Source: a virus
Taxonomy: Duplodnaviria; Caudoviricetes
Strand: one strand, 5' to 3'
DNA: 44,971 bases
Virus record (IMG/VR): IMGVR_UViG_3300018067_000117
Coordinates: 1 to 44,971 of that record
Each line of letters begins with the position of its first letter. Position 1 is the stretch's first letter. The position numbers and the translations under genes are program-made. A model generated the notes under the pieces. It was not told where the DNA came from, ran no database searches, and saw only the letters and a list, made by a program, of their open reading frames with translations. Below, piece after piece: positions 27,084 to 35,008 of the stretch.

Positions 27084-27289
27084 TAGTCGGCCCACCCGTT
27101 CGCTGAGGCACGAGCATAGGCCACGTCGAAGCTGTCCATCTGGCTCTCCTGCACGGCCTGCTCCCGGCAGTCGAAGCACAGAGCTTCAGTGAACTGGACG
27201 TTGCCTTCCGGGGTGTCGGACAGGACTTTGTCCTCCTGACAGGCGGGACACGTATCCACGACGATGATGCGAGTTTTCTTCTGCGGCAT
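27083..27289 (-). CDS. Zn-ribbon protein
   Basis: CPAC...CFDC. Confidence 0.65.
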   Translation of the reverse strand: MPQKKTRIIVVDTCPACQEDKVLSDTPEGNVQFTEALCFDCREQAVQESQMDSFDVAYARASANGWAD

Positions 27290-27337
27290 GCTCTTCCTCC
27301 GCCCACTCCTTGGGCACTGAATTCACCACCGAAGACC

Positions 27338-27367
27338 AGTCTAGCACAACTAAGGTGGGTTTGTCAA
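27338..27367 (-). promoter_or_regulatory. sigma70 promoter
   Basis: TTGACA-N18-TAGACT with TG extension. Confidence 0.8.
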
Positions 27368-27385
27368 ATGGCGGGATTCCTGACC

Positions 27386-27547
27386 TCAGGACAGCACGGG
27401 TTCTGCGTCCTCTTCGACGGGTTCGGTCTGGGGGTTCAGGAGATACCGCTTCGCCCGCTCGTAGGCGTCCCAATCTACCGTCTCGGCATGGCGCAGGATA
27501 TCCTGCAAGGCTCGCAGTTCCTGCTCAGGCATCCAGATCATCGGCAT
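27386..27547 (-). CDS. Hypothetical protein
   Basis: SD AAGGAG before ATG 27547. Confidence 0.6.
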   Translation of the reverse strand: MPMIWMPEQELRALQDILRHAETVDWDAYERAKRYLLNPQTEPVEEDAEPVLS

Positions 27548-27566
27548 TTGTTCACTCCTTGAAAAA

Positions 27567-27595
27567 AGTATGCCAAGACCGGGCGAATATGTCAA
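27567..27595 (-). promoter_or_regulatory. sigma70 promoter
   Basis: TTGACA-N17-CATACT. Confidence 0.6.
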
Positions 27596-27818
27596 TCGCC
27601 CTTAGCAGCACCGTGGCCACGACAGCCGCCCCCACCAGTACCCAGCATCCGATGAACAATACGCTTCCCCCAAGAAACCGCAACGGGCTTAACATTGGAT
27701 ATCCCTCCTTGGACAAGATGTCGGCGGAAGTGAAAGGTTCCGTTTCCGTAAGACCCGGACTTAGCAGGGGCGTTATCCCCCTGACCTCAGTAGTCTCCTG
27801 CTCCCCACCGACTCAACC

Positions 27819-27848
27819 AGTGTAGCACACAACTTTGGCGTTTGTCAA
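27819..27848 (-). promoter_or_regulatory. sigma70 promoter (leftward of a divergent pair)
   Basis: TTGACA-N18-TACACT with TG extension. Confidence 0.8.
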
Positions 27849-27870
27849 ATGCAATCAATTGCCTTGTGAT

Positions 27871-27899
27871 TTGACAAATCTTTTTCGTTGTGCTAAGAT
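27871..27899 (+). promoter_or_regulatory. sigma70 promoter (rightward of a divergent pair)
   Basis: TTGACA-N17-TAAGAT with TG extension. Confidence 0.8.
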
Positions 27900-27949
27900 C
27901 ATTGGAGCATCGAACCTCAGCACCGCTCATGGAGGAGCGAAAGGAGCCT

Positions 27950-28276
27950 ATGGCACTGAAGTTTTCGAAGACCCCGGTCAAGCGTCGGTTGGTGAAGCGG
28001 TCGGTCCTGATCGCAGACAAGCCGAAGCGCATCGTGCAGGACTACGCGGCTATCGACCAGTTCGGGGAACTGGCCAGCCGCAAGCGTGAAGCCGCTGCCA
28101 CCGCACGGAAGCTGGGACATGACCTGTTGCCGTGGCATGAACGCCCCAATGACCCGTCAGGCCGCTGGAACGCCTTCTGTAATACGTGTAACAAGGCCGC
28201 TGTGGTCTGCACGGAGGCTCCACAGGGTCTGCCGTGGATCTACGGCCACGCGCTGACGGACGAGTGTCCGTTGTAA
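27950..28276 (+). CDS. Basic Zn-binding hypothetical protein
   Basis: SD AAAGGAG; GHDL..W...AFCNTC...ECP. Confidence 0.7.
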   Translation: MALKFSKTPVKRRLVKRSVLIADKPKRIVQDYAAIDQFGELASRKREAAATARKLGHDLLPWHERPNDPSGRWNAFCNTCNKAAVVCTEAPQGLPWIYGHALTDECPL

Positions 28277-28460
28277 CAGGCTCCGGTGGCGGCACAGGTT
28301 GTCGCCACCGATCCGGCGCACACGTATACCCGCAGATCCCGCGCTGGCACTGTGGATCTTGCAAAATCTTAATCGGCCAGCCATCAGAACAGGTGCGGCG
28401 AAGGGGCAACGCACACCCGTACGCCGTGAGCAGCACGAGCAACAGCACCACGCCCCGCAT
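28050..28460 (-). CDS. Putative lipoprotein
   Basis: Lipobox-like MRGVVLLLVLLTAYG-C; Cys-rich; 3' part overlaps the + strand gene, so true length is uncertain. Confidence 0.45.
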   Translation of the reverse strand: MRGVVLLLVLLTAYGCALPLRRTCSDGWPIKILQDPQCQRGICGYTCAPDRWRQPVPPPEPVTTDTRPSARGRRSTADPVEPPCRPQRPCYTYYRRRSSGLTGHWGVHATATGHVPASVRWQRLHACGWPVPRTGR

Positions 28461-28472
28461 GCCCGCATTGTC

Positions 28473-30446
28473 TCATGCCGACAGGCTGTGCTCCGTCTGG
28501 TAATCGGGTTCGTTCTCGGGCTTCTTCAACTTGTCTACGCTCGCGTAGACGCTCTGCGGAATCATCAGGACCGGAATGCGATACAGGCCCCACAGTTCCC
28601 GCCGCATGGTCAGGCCGTACACAATACCTGCGAGGGCATCCGATAGATCCTTACTGGCTCCCGGTGGGTGGTCGATCTTCCCGGTCTTGACGTTCTTCTC
28701 CAGCATGAGCATTTCCTTCTGGAGCTTCGGATGCACCGGGATGTTCAGGCGTCCCTCATACGCCGCCGTTTTGCAGAAGTCATACGGACGGCAGGGGACA
28801 TCGTCCATGGACTGATGCCCGGTGATCAGGCCCTGCTGCCGCAAAATCTGCTGGCTGTCTGAGGACTGGAATTGGTCAAACGTCACCCAGATGATGTTCA
28901 GGCCCATCTTCTTCAGGACGATGAGGACTTCCCGAATCTTGCCCAGCAGAATCTCGCAGTTCTTCGGCGGGCGAACTTCCAGCACGCCATCCACCCAGAT
29001 TTCCGGCATGTAGGCCGGTTGCTCGGGGTCACTGCTCACGCTCCTGAAGCCTTGCACCGTGCCTATCGCTAATCCCGCGCTATCACCGGAGAGCGCCAAG
29101 TCACAATGGGCGAAGCGGGGGATATCCGGATTCCAGAAATTCCGCTTCAGGAGCGTCAATCGCTGCTCGACAAAATCCACCACCGGCTGGCTGAAGATGC
29201 TCTCTCGCGGCTTGAACGACGTATGCACCTTCTGGACTTCCAGAAAGAAGGGGTGTCTGGCGAGCGTGCTCACGCCCGCGATTTCTCGCAAGGCGTTGAT
29301 CACGTCCTTCTCAAACTCCAAGCGGAATTCTTCGGGGACGCTCACCACCAGCGCACGATCCTCATCGTCCACTTCATCATCCCGCTCCAGAATGCGGGGC
29401 TTGCGCGTTAGATCCCCGGCGAAGACCGGGAACCAGCCCTGATTCCCGAAGTCATCCGGTTTGATGTCCCATACCCGCTTGTCATAGACGAAGATGCTCG
29501 GGTCTTTCTCAGCCTCCGCCACTTTCTGGTCCGTGAACTGCCCCGGATACTTTTTAGACGATACCAAGCAGAGAATACCGGGGAGCTTGCCATTCTCCAT
29601 GAACCGCGACTTGCGCCGTCGAGCAATCGAGTTATAGAGCAGAATGGCTTGGTCATACGTCCCTTTGTCCACCGCGACTTTGGACTTCTCCACCACGCTC
29701 ATGTAGTTCAACTCATCGATCAGCCCGCCCATGACGTTCTGGCCGATGGCCGCTGTCTCCGATCCGCTGACCGGCACCACTTCTACCCGGTTGGGGAAGA
29801 CGAGCTTGCTGTGCAACTGCTTATCGAACGGATAGTGCTTGTAGAAGTAGGGACTGCCCTCAATCATGCTCCGGAAGCGTTGGTAATCCACGCCTTTAGC
29901 CAACTGCAACGTCATGCTCTGGAACACCAGCAGAATTTCCGACGACGGGTCCAGCCCAAACTGCTTGTGCGGCGAGCGCATGCACGAGAGGAGATACAAC
30001 TGGTAGGCATTCGTGTAGAGCGCCAGCGTGGTTTTGCCCGATCCGATGCCACCGGTCATGATGGCTTCGACATAGGTACCGTTGTTCAGTTCCTCTGCCG
30101 CCTCCAGTACACCGGGGTAAATCTCCTTATCTTTGTTCAGGTAATGCGGGGAGCAGATAAACTCCCGAATGCCCACCGGCTTCCAGCGGTACTGTGCCCA
30201 ATCCTGCAGCTTATGCGTCTGCGTGCCGCGCAACTGGTCTTCGACATGGACGACCGCTTGGGCATAGAACATGGCCCGCTCTTCCAGATCGATGATGCGC
30301 TGGCCTTGGTCCCAGATTTGGTTGGCGGGCTCGGCTCCCAGATACTGCTTCAGATAGACGTGGATACGGTCGTTGACCTTGTCCAGATGTTCGTGGCTGG
30401 TCTTCTGGGCTCGCTCGGCGGGATTGCCCTTCTTGAACGTCAGCAT
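28473..30446 (-). CDS. terL: Terminase large subunit
   Basis: Walker A GGIGSGKT, Walker B GGLIDE, nuclease HCDLALSGD, FDQFQS, KIDHP...KDLSDA. Confidence 0.9.
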   Translation of the reverse strand: MLTFKKGNPAERAQKTSHEHLDKVNDRIHVYLKQYLGAEPANQIWDQGQRIIDLEERAMFYAQAVVHVEDQLRGTQTHKLQDWAQYRWKPVGIREFICSPHYLNKDKEIYPGVLEAAEELNNGTYVEAIMTGGIGSGKTTLALYTNAYQLYLLSCMRSPHKQFGLDPSSEILLVFQSMTLQLAKGVDYQRFRSMIEGSPYFYKHYPFDKQLHSKLVFPNRVEVVPVSGSETAAIGQNVMGGLIDELNYMSVVEKSKVAVDKGTYDQAILLYNSIARRRKSRFMENGKLPGILCLVSSKKYPGQFTDQKVAEAEKDPSIFVYDKRVWDIKPDDFGNQGWFPVFAGDLTRKPRILERDDEVDDEDRALVVSVPEEFRLEFEKDVINALREIAGVSTLARHPFFLEVQKVHTSFKPRESIFSQPVVDFVEQRLTLLKRNFWNPDIPRFAHCDLALSGDSAGLAIGTVQGFRSVSSDPEQPAYMPEIWVDGVLEVRPPKNCEILLGKIREVLIVLKKMGLNIIWVTFDQFQSSDSQQILRQQGLITGHQSMDDVPCRPYDFCKTAAYEGRLNIPVHPKLQKEMLMLEKNVKTGKIDHPPGASKDLSDALAGIVYGLTMRRELWGLYRIPVLMIPQSVYASVDKLKKPENEPDYQTEHSLSA

Positions 30447-30449
30447 CGA

Positions 30450-30668
30450 TCAGGCTTCGTGGGCCAGTACGTGCTCTTCGTGGAACCGATGGCAGCACCC
30501 ACAGTACCGCTCTTCCACATCTTTGGGGTGAAATGATGTCAGGTTGCACGTATGGCAGCGAATGCCCAGATGCAGACGCGTACGATGGCCCTCTCCGGGG
30601 GCTCGGGAATCCACCGGACGCACGATTAGGTCATACCCCACGCCGTGTTTGAGAATTTTGTCAATCAT
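30450..30668 (-). CDS. Zn-finger protein
   Basis: IRCHTCNLTSFHPKDVEERYCGCCHRFH. Confidence 0.7.
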   Translation of the reverse strand: MIDKILKHGVGYDLIVRPVDSRAPGEGHRTRLHLGIRCHTCNLTSFHPKDVEERYCGCCHRFHEEHVLAHEA

Positions 30669-30747
30669 TTCCGTTTTATCCGAATGGGATTGCAGACGGC
30701 GCAATCACGCCAGTACTCAAACCCATGCGGACATTTCTTCTTGGGCA

Positions 30748-31362
30748 TCACTCTCGTGCAATCAAGTGCGGGATTTTGCGGGCGTTCAGGATCGACTCCA
30801 CCGTGGTCACGGCTTCGAAGATTTGTTTCTGCACGCTCATCCCATCCGGAAACGTCGTAGTCACCGATGCGCCCCGTGCCGTGGTAGTACTCACGGGGCC
30901 TTTGAATTCATCGAGTCCCAGATCGAACCGGAGCTTCTGGAGGTCCAGCAGGATCTGGCGATAATTGCCCACCGCTTCGTTCACACTGGTAAACGTCCGC
31001 TCTTCCTTCGTCGCCTTGGCTAAGAGGGTCATCACCAGTGTGCGCTGCGTCTCACTCAGTTCCTCCAAGCGGGCCAGCACCGGCACCGAGACGTGTTGCA
31101 GCCGGGTGATGTTCGGCTTCCCTACGGCGAGAATGCGCTTAGCCTCTTGGGCTCCGAAGATGCCCTCTGCCGCCGCTCGTCGCAGGCGATTCAACTGCTG
31201 GGTGAGGGTTAGTTCCGCCACGTCCTGAAACAGGCCCCACCCTGCTGGCGGAGCCTGCTGAATCGTGCGGGCCAGTGCCTGCGCCGGTTCGCCCCGGATC
31301 AGGGCATTCAGGATCTTCCGAAAGGGCTCTTCACCCAGTGCTTGGAGACGTTCAAAGGCCAT
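30748..31362 (-). CDS. Helical protein, candidate terminase small subunit
   Basis: Position near terL; HTH-like N-term plus coiled coil (inference only). Confidence 0.45.
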   Translation of the reverse strand: MAFERLQALGEEPFRKILNALIRGEPAQALARTIQQAPPAGWGLFQDVAELTLTQQLNRLRRAAAEGIFGAQEAKRILAVGKPNITRLQHVSVPVLARLEELSETQRTLVMTLLAKATKEERTFTSVNEAVGNYRQILLDLQKLRFDLGLDEFKGPVSTTTARGASVTTTFPDGMSVQKQIFEAVTTVESILNARKIPHLIARE

Positions 31363-31528
31363 GTTTCTCTCGGAGCCGGATTTCCAAATCCTTCCCTTCG
31401 ATGCGTGCCGCCATACTGCCAATCTGCCTGATTTCGGCACGAATCTTCTCAAACTTCTGTTCAAGGCGCAGTTGACTCCACAGCACCACCAGCAGAATCG
31501 CAATGTACAGGAATTCAATCCACATCAT
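31352..31528 (-). CDS. Small membrane protein with coiled coil
   Basis: N-terminal TM FLYIAILLVVLW. Confidence 0.6.
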   Translation of the reverse strand: MMWIEFLYIAILLVVLWSQLRLEQKFEKIRAEIRQIGSMAARIEGKDLEIRLREKHGL

Positions 31529-31538
31529 CGTCCACTCA

Positions 31539-31655
31539 TCACAATCTTTGCAGAATGAACGTGACGACATAGAGCACGATACAGGTCAGGATCAGGTTGA
31601 CCACCGACAGGATCAAGAGAGTGCGAATGCTGACATCAGTGTTCATCGGATTCAT
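31539..31655 (-). CDS. 38-aa membrane peptide (not in the ORF track)
   Basis: ...TLLILSVVNLILTCIVLYVVTFILQRL; ATGA coupling. Confidence 0.55.
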   Translation of the reverse strand: MNPMNTDVSIRTLLILSVVNLILTCIVLYVVTFILQRL

Positions 31656-31873
31656 CGTTGCAACACCGGATCCGTGGCCTCATCGTGATACACCAGCGTC
31701 CTGACGCCTGCGTCTTTGGCTTCTAAAAGTTTGCGAAGACAGACCGTCCGCTCGGGGTTCTGGGGAAACTTCTCCACTACCCACAGCGCGAGGGCGTGAA
31801 ACGGTTGACTGGCCTGTTGCAGCCCCTCCGGCAAGTGCTTGTATTCAAAGAACTGCAACATCCGGTCAGGCAT
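31652..31873 (-). CDS. Acb2/Tad1-like helical hairpin protein (putative nucleotide-signal sponge)
   Basis: LQFFEYKHLP..LQ..S.PF..LA...P.NPERTVCLRKLLEAKDA.VR. Confidence 0.5.
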   Translation of the reverse strand: MPDRMLQFFEYKHLPEGLQQASQPFHALALWVVEKFPQNPERTVCLRKLLEAKDAGVRTLVYHDEATDPVLQR

Positions 31874-33303
31874 TAGAGGCCCGCCCACGGCATCGTCTGT
31901 CGCATCTTCGCCATGTCACACCCGACCAACCGCCCATCGCTGCCCATCGGATACGGCCCCACAAGCTGACTGGTGTTGTAATCCCAATACCCATCGGAAG
32001 CAATACTTGGCTTGGGCGTGAACAACTGTCCCTCGGGATAGGGGATATTCGGCGGCTGTTCGATCACGTTGGTGTGGAAGATGTGGCCCGGTGCGTACTT
32101 GTTGAGCGCATCAAGGCCCAATCCAGCATCGTCGCCTGTGATGCCGCTCTCCGTGCTCCCTACGGCATTGTCCCGAAACGTGAACGTGCCGTCTGGGTAT
32201 TTAGACTCACCGCCAAACGCCAGATTGCGCCACATCGCCCACAGCCATGTGTTGTGATAAATGACCGTGGGTAGAAATGGCCGCGACGTCTGGATGCCAC
32301 TCTGGCAAGACCAAATCACGTTATCGTGAATCGTGAGGTTGGTGCCCTGTACCGAGGGGTGGGTATCGTCAATCCCCAGCAGGTTGAACGCGAACCCTTC
32401 GCAGTAGCCGATGCTGTTGTACCGGATGGTCACGTCGCTGACCGTGTTCTGCGGATTGTTTCCATCTTGATTCCGCACGGTCAGTTGAATCGCGTGCCCG
32501 TCCTGCCCGCCCACCCAGCAGTTCTCAAAGATGTTAAACTCGATGAGCGCCCGCTGGATGACCTTGAGTTCAAAGAGATTTTTACACAGATGGTTGGGCA
32601 GATGCTTCCAGTCGAGCGGCTTGAAGCACTTGTTCAACCGGAACGTCAGGTCGCTGGGAATCAGGCCGGGAATGTTCGCCGTGGCTCCACCGGTAATGAA
32701 GTTCTCCCCTGCGCCTTCCAGATAGTTGCCTTCAATCCAGAACGGCCCCGGTCCCGCCCATGAAGCAATGCACTGGGCTTCGTCGCCAAAGAAAAACTTC
32801 TCCATGTAGCAGCGGGTGATACGGCTGTCGCCGGTATGCAGTCCAATCCCTCTGCGCCCACCGACATTCGGATCGCCAGACAGATAGCAGCGGTCCATCG
32901 TGATGCGCTGAGGGACTTGCCACCACTCGGTTTGCTCCGCACGTCCTAACTCCACATGCGTCCGCTCGGGGTTGTTCACGTTAGGCGCGAAGGCAATCCC
33001 ATCCACGGTGTAATCATGGGCTCCGTCCTGACACGAAAGAACCGGATACTGCGTGTCCTGTGCCTTCAGTCTGGCATAAGGTTGCGCCTGTTCAGGCGTG
33101 ATCCACGGCACTCCACTAGGCTCCGGTAACTCTCCGGCGGTTCGGAGCGTGACCCGGCTCGTGCCCTCCCGATACGGCAGCACAAAATTGCCCGTAAATG
33201 TCGCTCCGCGCTCCAAGTGAATCTCGACCGCACTCCCACTGCTTTTGGCGTCATCGAGCGTTTTCTGCACATCGCCGCCTGCGTTGACCGTGACTGTCGT
33301 CAT
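31873..33303 (-). CDS. Right-handed beta-helix (pectin-lyase-like) protein, possible depolymerase
   Basis: Repeated Asn/Ile ladders (ITMDRCYL, IEGNYLEG, LIEFNIFEN, TIRYN, TIHDNVI). Confidence 0.8.
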   Translation of the reverse strand: MTTVTVNAGGDVQKTLDDAKSSGSAVEIHLERGATFTGNFVLPYREGTSRVTLRTAGELPEPSGVPWITPEQAQPYARLKAQDTQYPVLSCQDGAHDYTVDGIAFAPNVNNPERTHVELGRAEQTEWWQVPQRITMDRCYLSGDPNVGGRRGIGLHTGDSRITRCYMEKFFFGDEAQCIASWAGPGPFWIEGNYLEGAGENFITGGATANIPGLIPSDLTFRLNKCFKPLDWKHLPNHLCKNLFELKVIQRALIEFNIFENCWVGGQDGHAIQLTVRNQDGNNPQNTVSDVTIRYNSIGYCEGFAFNLLGIDDTHPSVQGTNLTIHDNVIWSCQSGIQTSRPFLPTVIYHNTWLWAMWRNLAFGGESKYPDGTFTFRDNAVGSTESGITGDDAGLGLDALNKYAPGHIFHTNVIEQPPNIPYPEGQLFTPKPSIASDGYWDYNTSQLVGPYPMGSDGRLVGCDMAKMRQTMPWAGL

Positions 33304-33938
33304 ACGTCTTCTCCTTCACTCGGAGGCTCTTTCATTCGTTCAAAAATCGACACGCCGCGTACGCGATGATTCGTACTCCGCCACAGGGCTATCGCCCCGC
33401 ACCAGTGCCACATATCTTTACGATACATCGGGAGAACCGTATCCATCCACACCAGAAAGCCTCCCGGTCGCACCACGCGATGGACTTCGTGCAGGACTTT
33501 CCGTCGATCTGGCAGGGACGTGCCGTAATACTCCGCGTCAGCAGTCGAATAGGGGGTGTCGGCATAGACGCCATCGAACGCCCCTTCCTGAAACGGCAAC
33601 GCCAACGCATTCGCCCGAATCCCCGGTCTGACTCGATCTGTCACTCTGATGTCCACGGTCACCCGTGCTCGGGTGGCTTCCTGCGGCAACGATCCGGAGA
33701 ACAGGTGCAGAATGTTGTCCAAATCCGGAAACAGCGCCTGCAGCCGCTTCAGATACCCCGGTGGATAACTCCCATAATACCCGGTGCCCTTGTAGTCGTT
33801 GCCCAGAATCCAGTTGCCGGAGAGCCAGCGATCACTGGCCATCAGGTGGCTGTCCGGAAACTGCGGGAACGCATGCTTATACAGGACCGCTCGGTCATAG
33901 AGCGTCAGGGCCTTCTTGTTCGGGAGCAGATGCAGCAT
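33300..33938 (-). CDS. Class I SAM-dependent (probable DNA amino-) methyltransferase
   Basis: ILHLFSG, VDI, ALPF...FDGVYADTPY, LHEVHRVVRPGG. Confidence 0.75.
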   Translation of the reverse strand: MLHLLPNKKALTLYDRAVLYKHAFPQFPDSHLMASDRWLSGNWILGNDYKGTGYYGSYPPGYLKRLQALFPDLDNILHLFSGSLPQEATRARVTVDIRVTDRVRPGIRANALALPFQEGAFDGVYADTPYSTADAEYYGTSLPDRRKVLHEVHRVVRPGGFLVWMDTVLPMYRKDMWHWCGAIALWRSTNHRVRGVSIFERMKEPPSEGEDV

Positions 33939-34189
33939 CAGGGTTTCCGATTCAACTGCTCCTGTTGCTCGATGGTGGCCGGGACCGTCCCGCTGCGGCC
34001 ATACCACTGTTCACGCCGGGTGATGCCATCGTTCCATGCCTCCAGACAGCGGAGCAGGTACTGGGCCAAGATGAAGTCTGGTGTGTTGGACCCATTTTCC
34101 TGACTGTAGCGATTGATCAGGCTCTCCAACTCGCGTTCAAACGTCGGCGGGCGTTGGTCGATACCGGGTTTGCTAGGATCGTAGTCCAC
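33938..34189 (-). CDS. Conserved phage hypothetical protein
   Basis: FERELESLINRYSQENGSNTPDFILAQYL; GTG after AAGGAG and its own promoter (frame stays open up to 34396). Confidence 0.7.
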   Translation of the reverse strand: MDYDPSKPGIDQRPPTFERELESLINRYSQENGSNTPDFILAQYLLRCLEAWNDGITRREQWYGRSGTVPATIEQQEQLNRKP

Positions 34190-34223
34190 GGCACTCCTTG
34201 CTGCAATCAATTGCAAAGGGGCG

Positions 34224-34252
34224 ATTATACTCGGCGGGGACGTTGTTGTCAA
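34224..34252 (-). promoter_or_regulatory. Perfect-consensus sigma70 promoter
   Basis: TTGACA-N17-TATAAT. Confidence 0.9.
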
Positions 34253-34374
34253 ATTCCTGATGTTTTCCTCTCGGAGCACCAGTGCCCACACCATTTCCCG
34301 CTCCGAAATGGTCATCTGCTTCGGCGTCAGGGTGCCGTCCCGCCACGCCCGCAGGAGCCGCACGTCGTGCGGTC

Positions 34375-34536
34375 TTACTTCTCGATATTCGCCCACCGGG
34401 CCAGTGCCAGATCCTGCTTCGCTTCCGCCGCCTTCTGTACCGCGAGTTTGCGCGTGATGCTTGCGTCCTCTTCGGCGCGTCTGAGAATGCGGCGTTGTTC
34501 CGGGGGGCTGAGTTCACGCTTCTTGGTTTTGGGCAT
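34375..34536 (-). CDS. Small basic helical protein
   Basis: MPKTKKRELSPPEQRRILRR...; SD GGAG. Confidence 0.55.
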   Translation of the reverse strand: MPKTKKRELSPPEQRRILRRAEEDASITRKLAVQKAAEAKQDLALARWANIEK

Positions 34537-34855
34537 GTTGTTCTCCGGCCTTCTTTGCTCGCCAGTCATCCCATCGTTTTTTGGCCATTTTACGAGCGTT
34601 TTCTTGCTTTTCTGCCTTTGACATTACCGCATACTTCGCCTTGCCGCCTTTTGCCCCGAATTGCTTGGCTTCTGCAGCCGTCCACCTCGTGGACGTTTTA
34701 TGCTTAGCGGCTACTTGGTCTTGTGGCTTTGGTAGTGGGGTTCCCAGCGGACGTGGATTCCATCCATCTTCATCATGCCATCCAGCTTCTGCACAAGAAT
34801 ATACGTTCCAATGCACTAACTTACACAGCCCGCACTTCACAATTTGGGGAGGCAT
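34514..34855 (-). CDS. Basic KGG-motif protein, probable nucleic-acid binder (leaderless)
   Basis: FGAKGGKA...MSKAEKQENARKMAKKRW; ATG 6 nt below the -10 box. Confidence 0.65.
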   Translation of the reverse strand: MPPQIVKCGLCKLVHWNVYSCAEAGWHDEDGWNPRPLGTPLPKPQDQVAAKHKTSTRWTAAEAKQFGAKGGKAKYAVMSKAEKQENARKMAKKRWDDWRAKKAGEQHAQNQEA

Positions 34856-34860
34856 GCTGG

Positions 34861-34912
34861 AGTCTACCGCTAAGCATAGATTCTTGTCAACCGCTAAGCA
34901 TAGCCCTGTCAA
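34861..34912 (-). promoter_or_regulatory. sigma70 promoter with tandem operator-like repeat
   Basis: TTGACA-N18-TAGACT; CCGCTAAGCATAG...TGTCAA twice (34867-34890, 34891-34912). Confidence 0.75.
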
Positions 34913-35007
34913 TAGGGTGGTGACTCGACCTTCCCGGCCAACCAACGATAGCCCCAGACACAGGCTCCGCCGACGAGCAATACGATCACAGCAGCAATCT
35001 TTTTCAT
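34909..35007 (-). CDS. Small membrane peptide
   Basis: MKKIAAVIVLLVGGACVWGYRW... Confidence 0.5.
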   Translation of the reverse strand: MKKIAAVIVLLVGGACVWGYRWLAGKVESPPY

Positions 35008-35008
35008 G

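Noticed and set aside
27740-27800. Possible hammerhead ribozyme (CTGA...GAAA)
   Set aside because: The core CUGANGA is absent (CTGAGGT) and I could not build the required stems.
30636-30664. TTGACA inside the Zn-finger gene as a terL promoter
   Set aside because: No plausible -10 at 16-18 nt spacing.
31352-31655. Holin/spanin lysis cassette
   Set aside because: Small TM proteins are present, but there is no recognisable endolysin in the window; left as membrane proteins.
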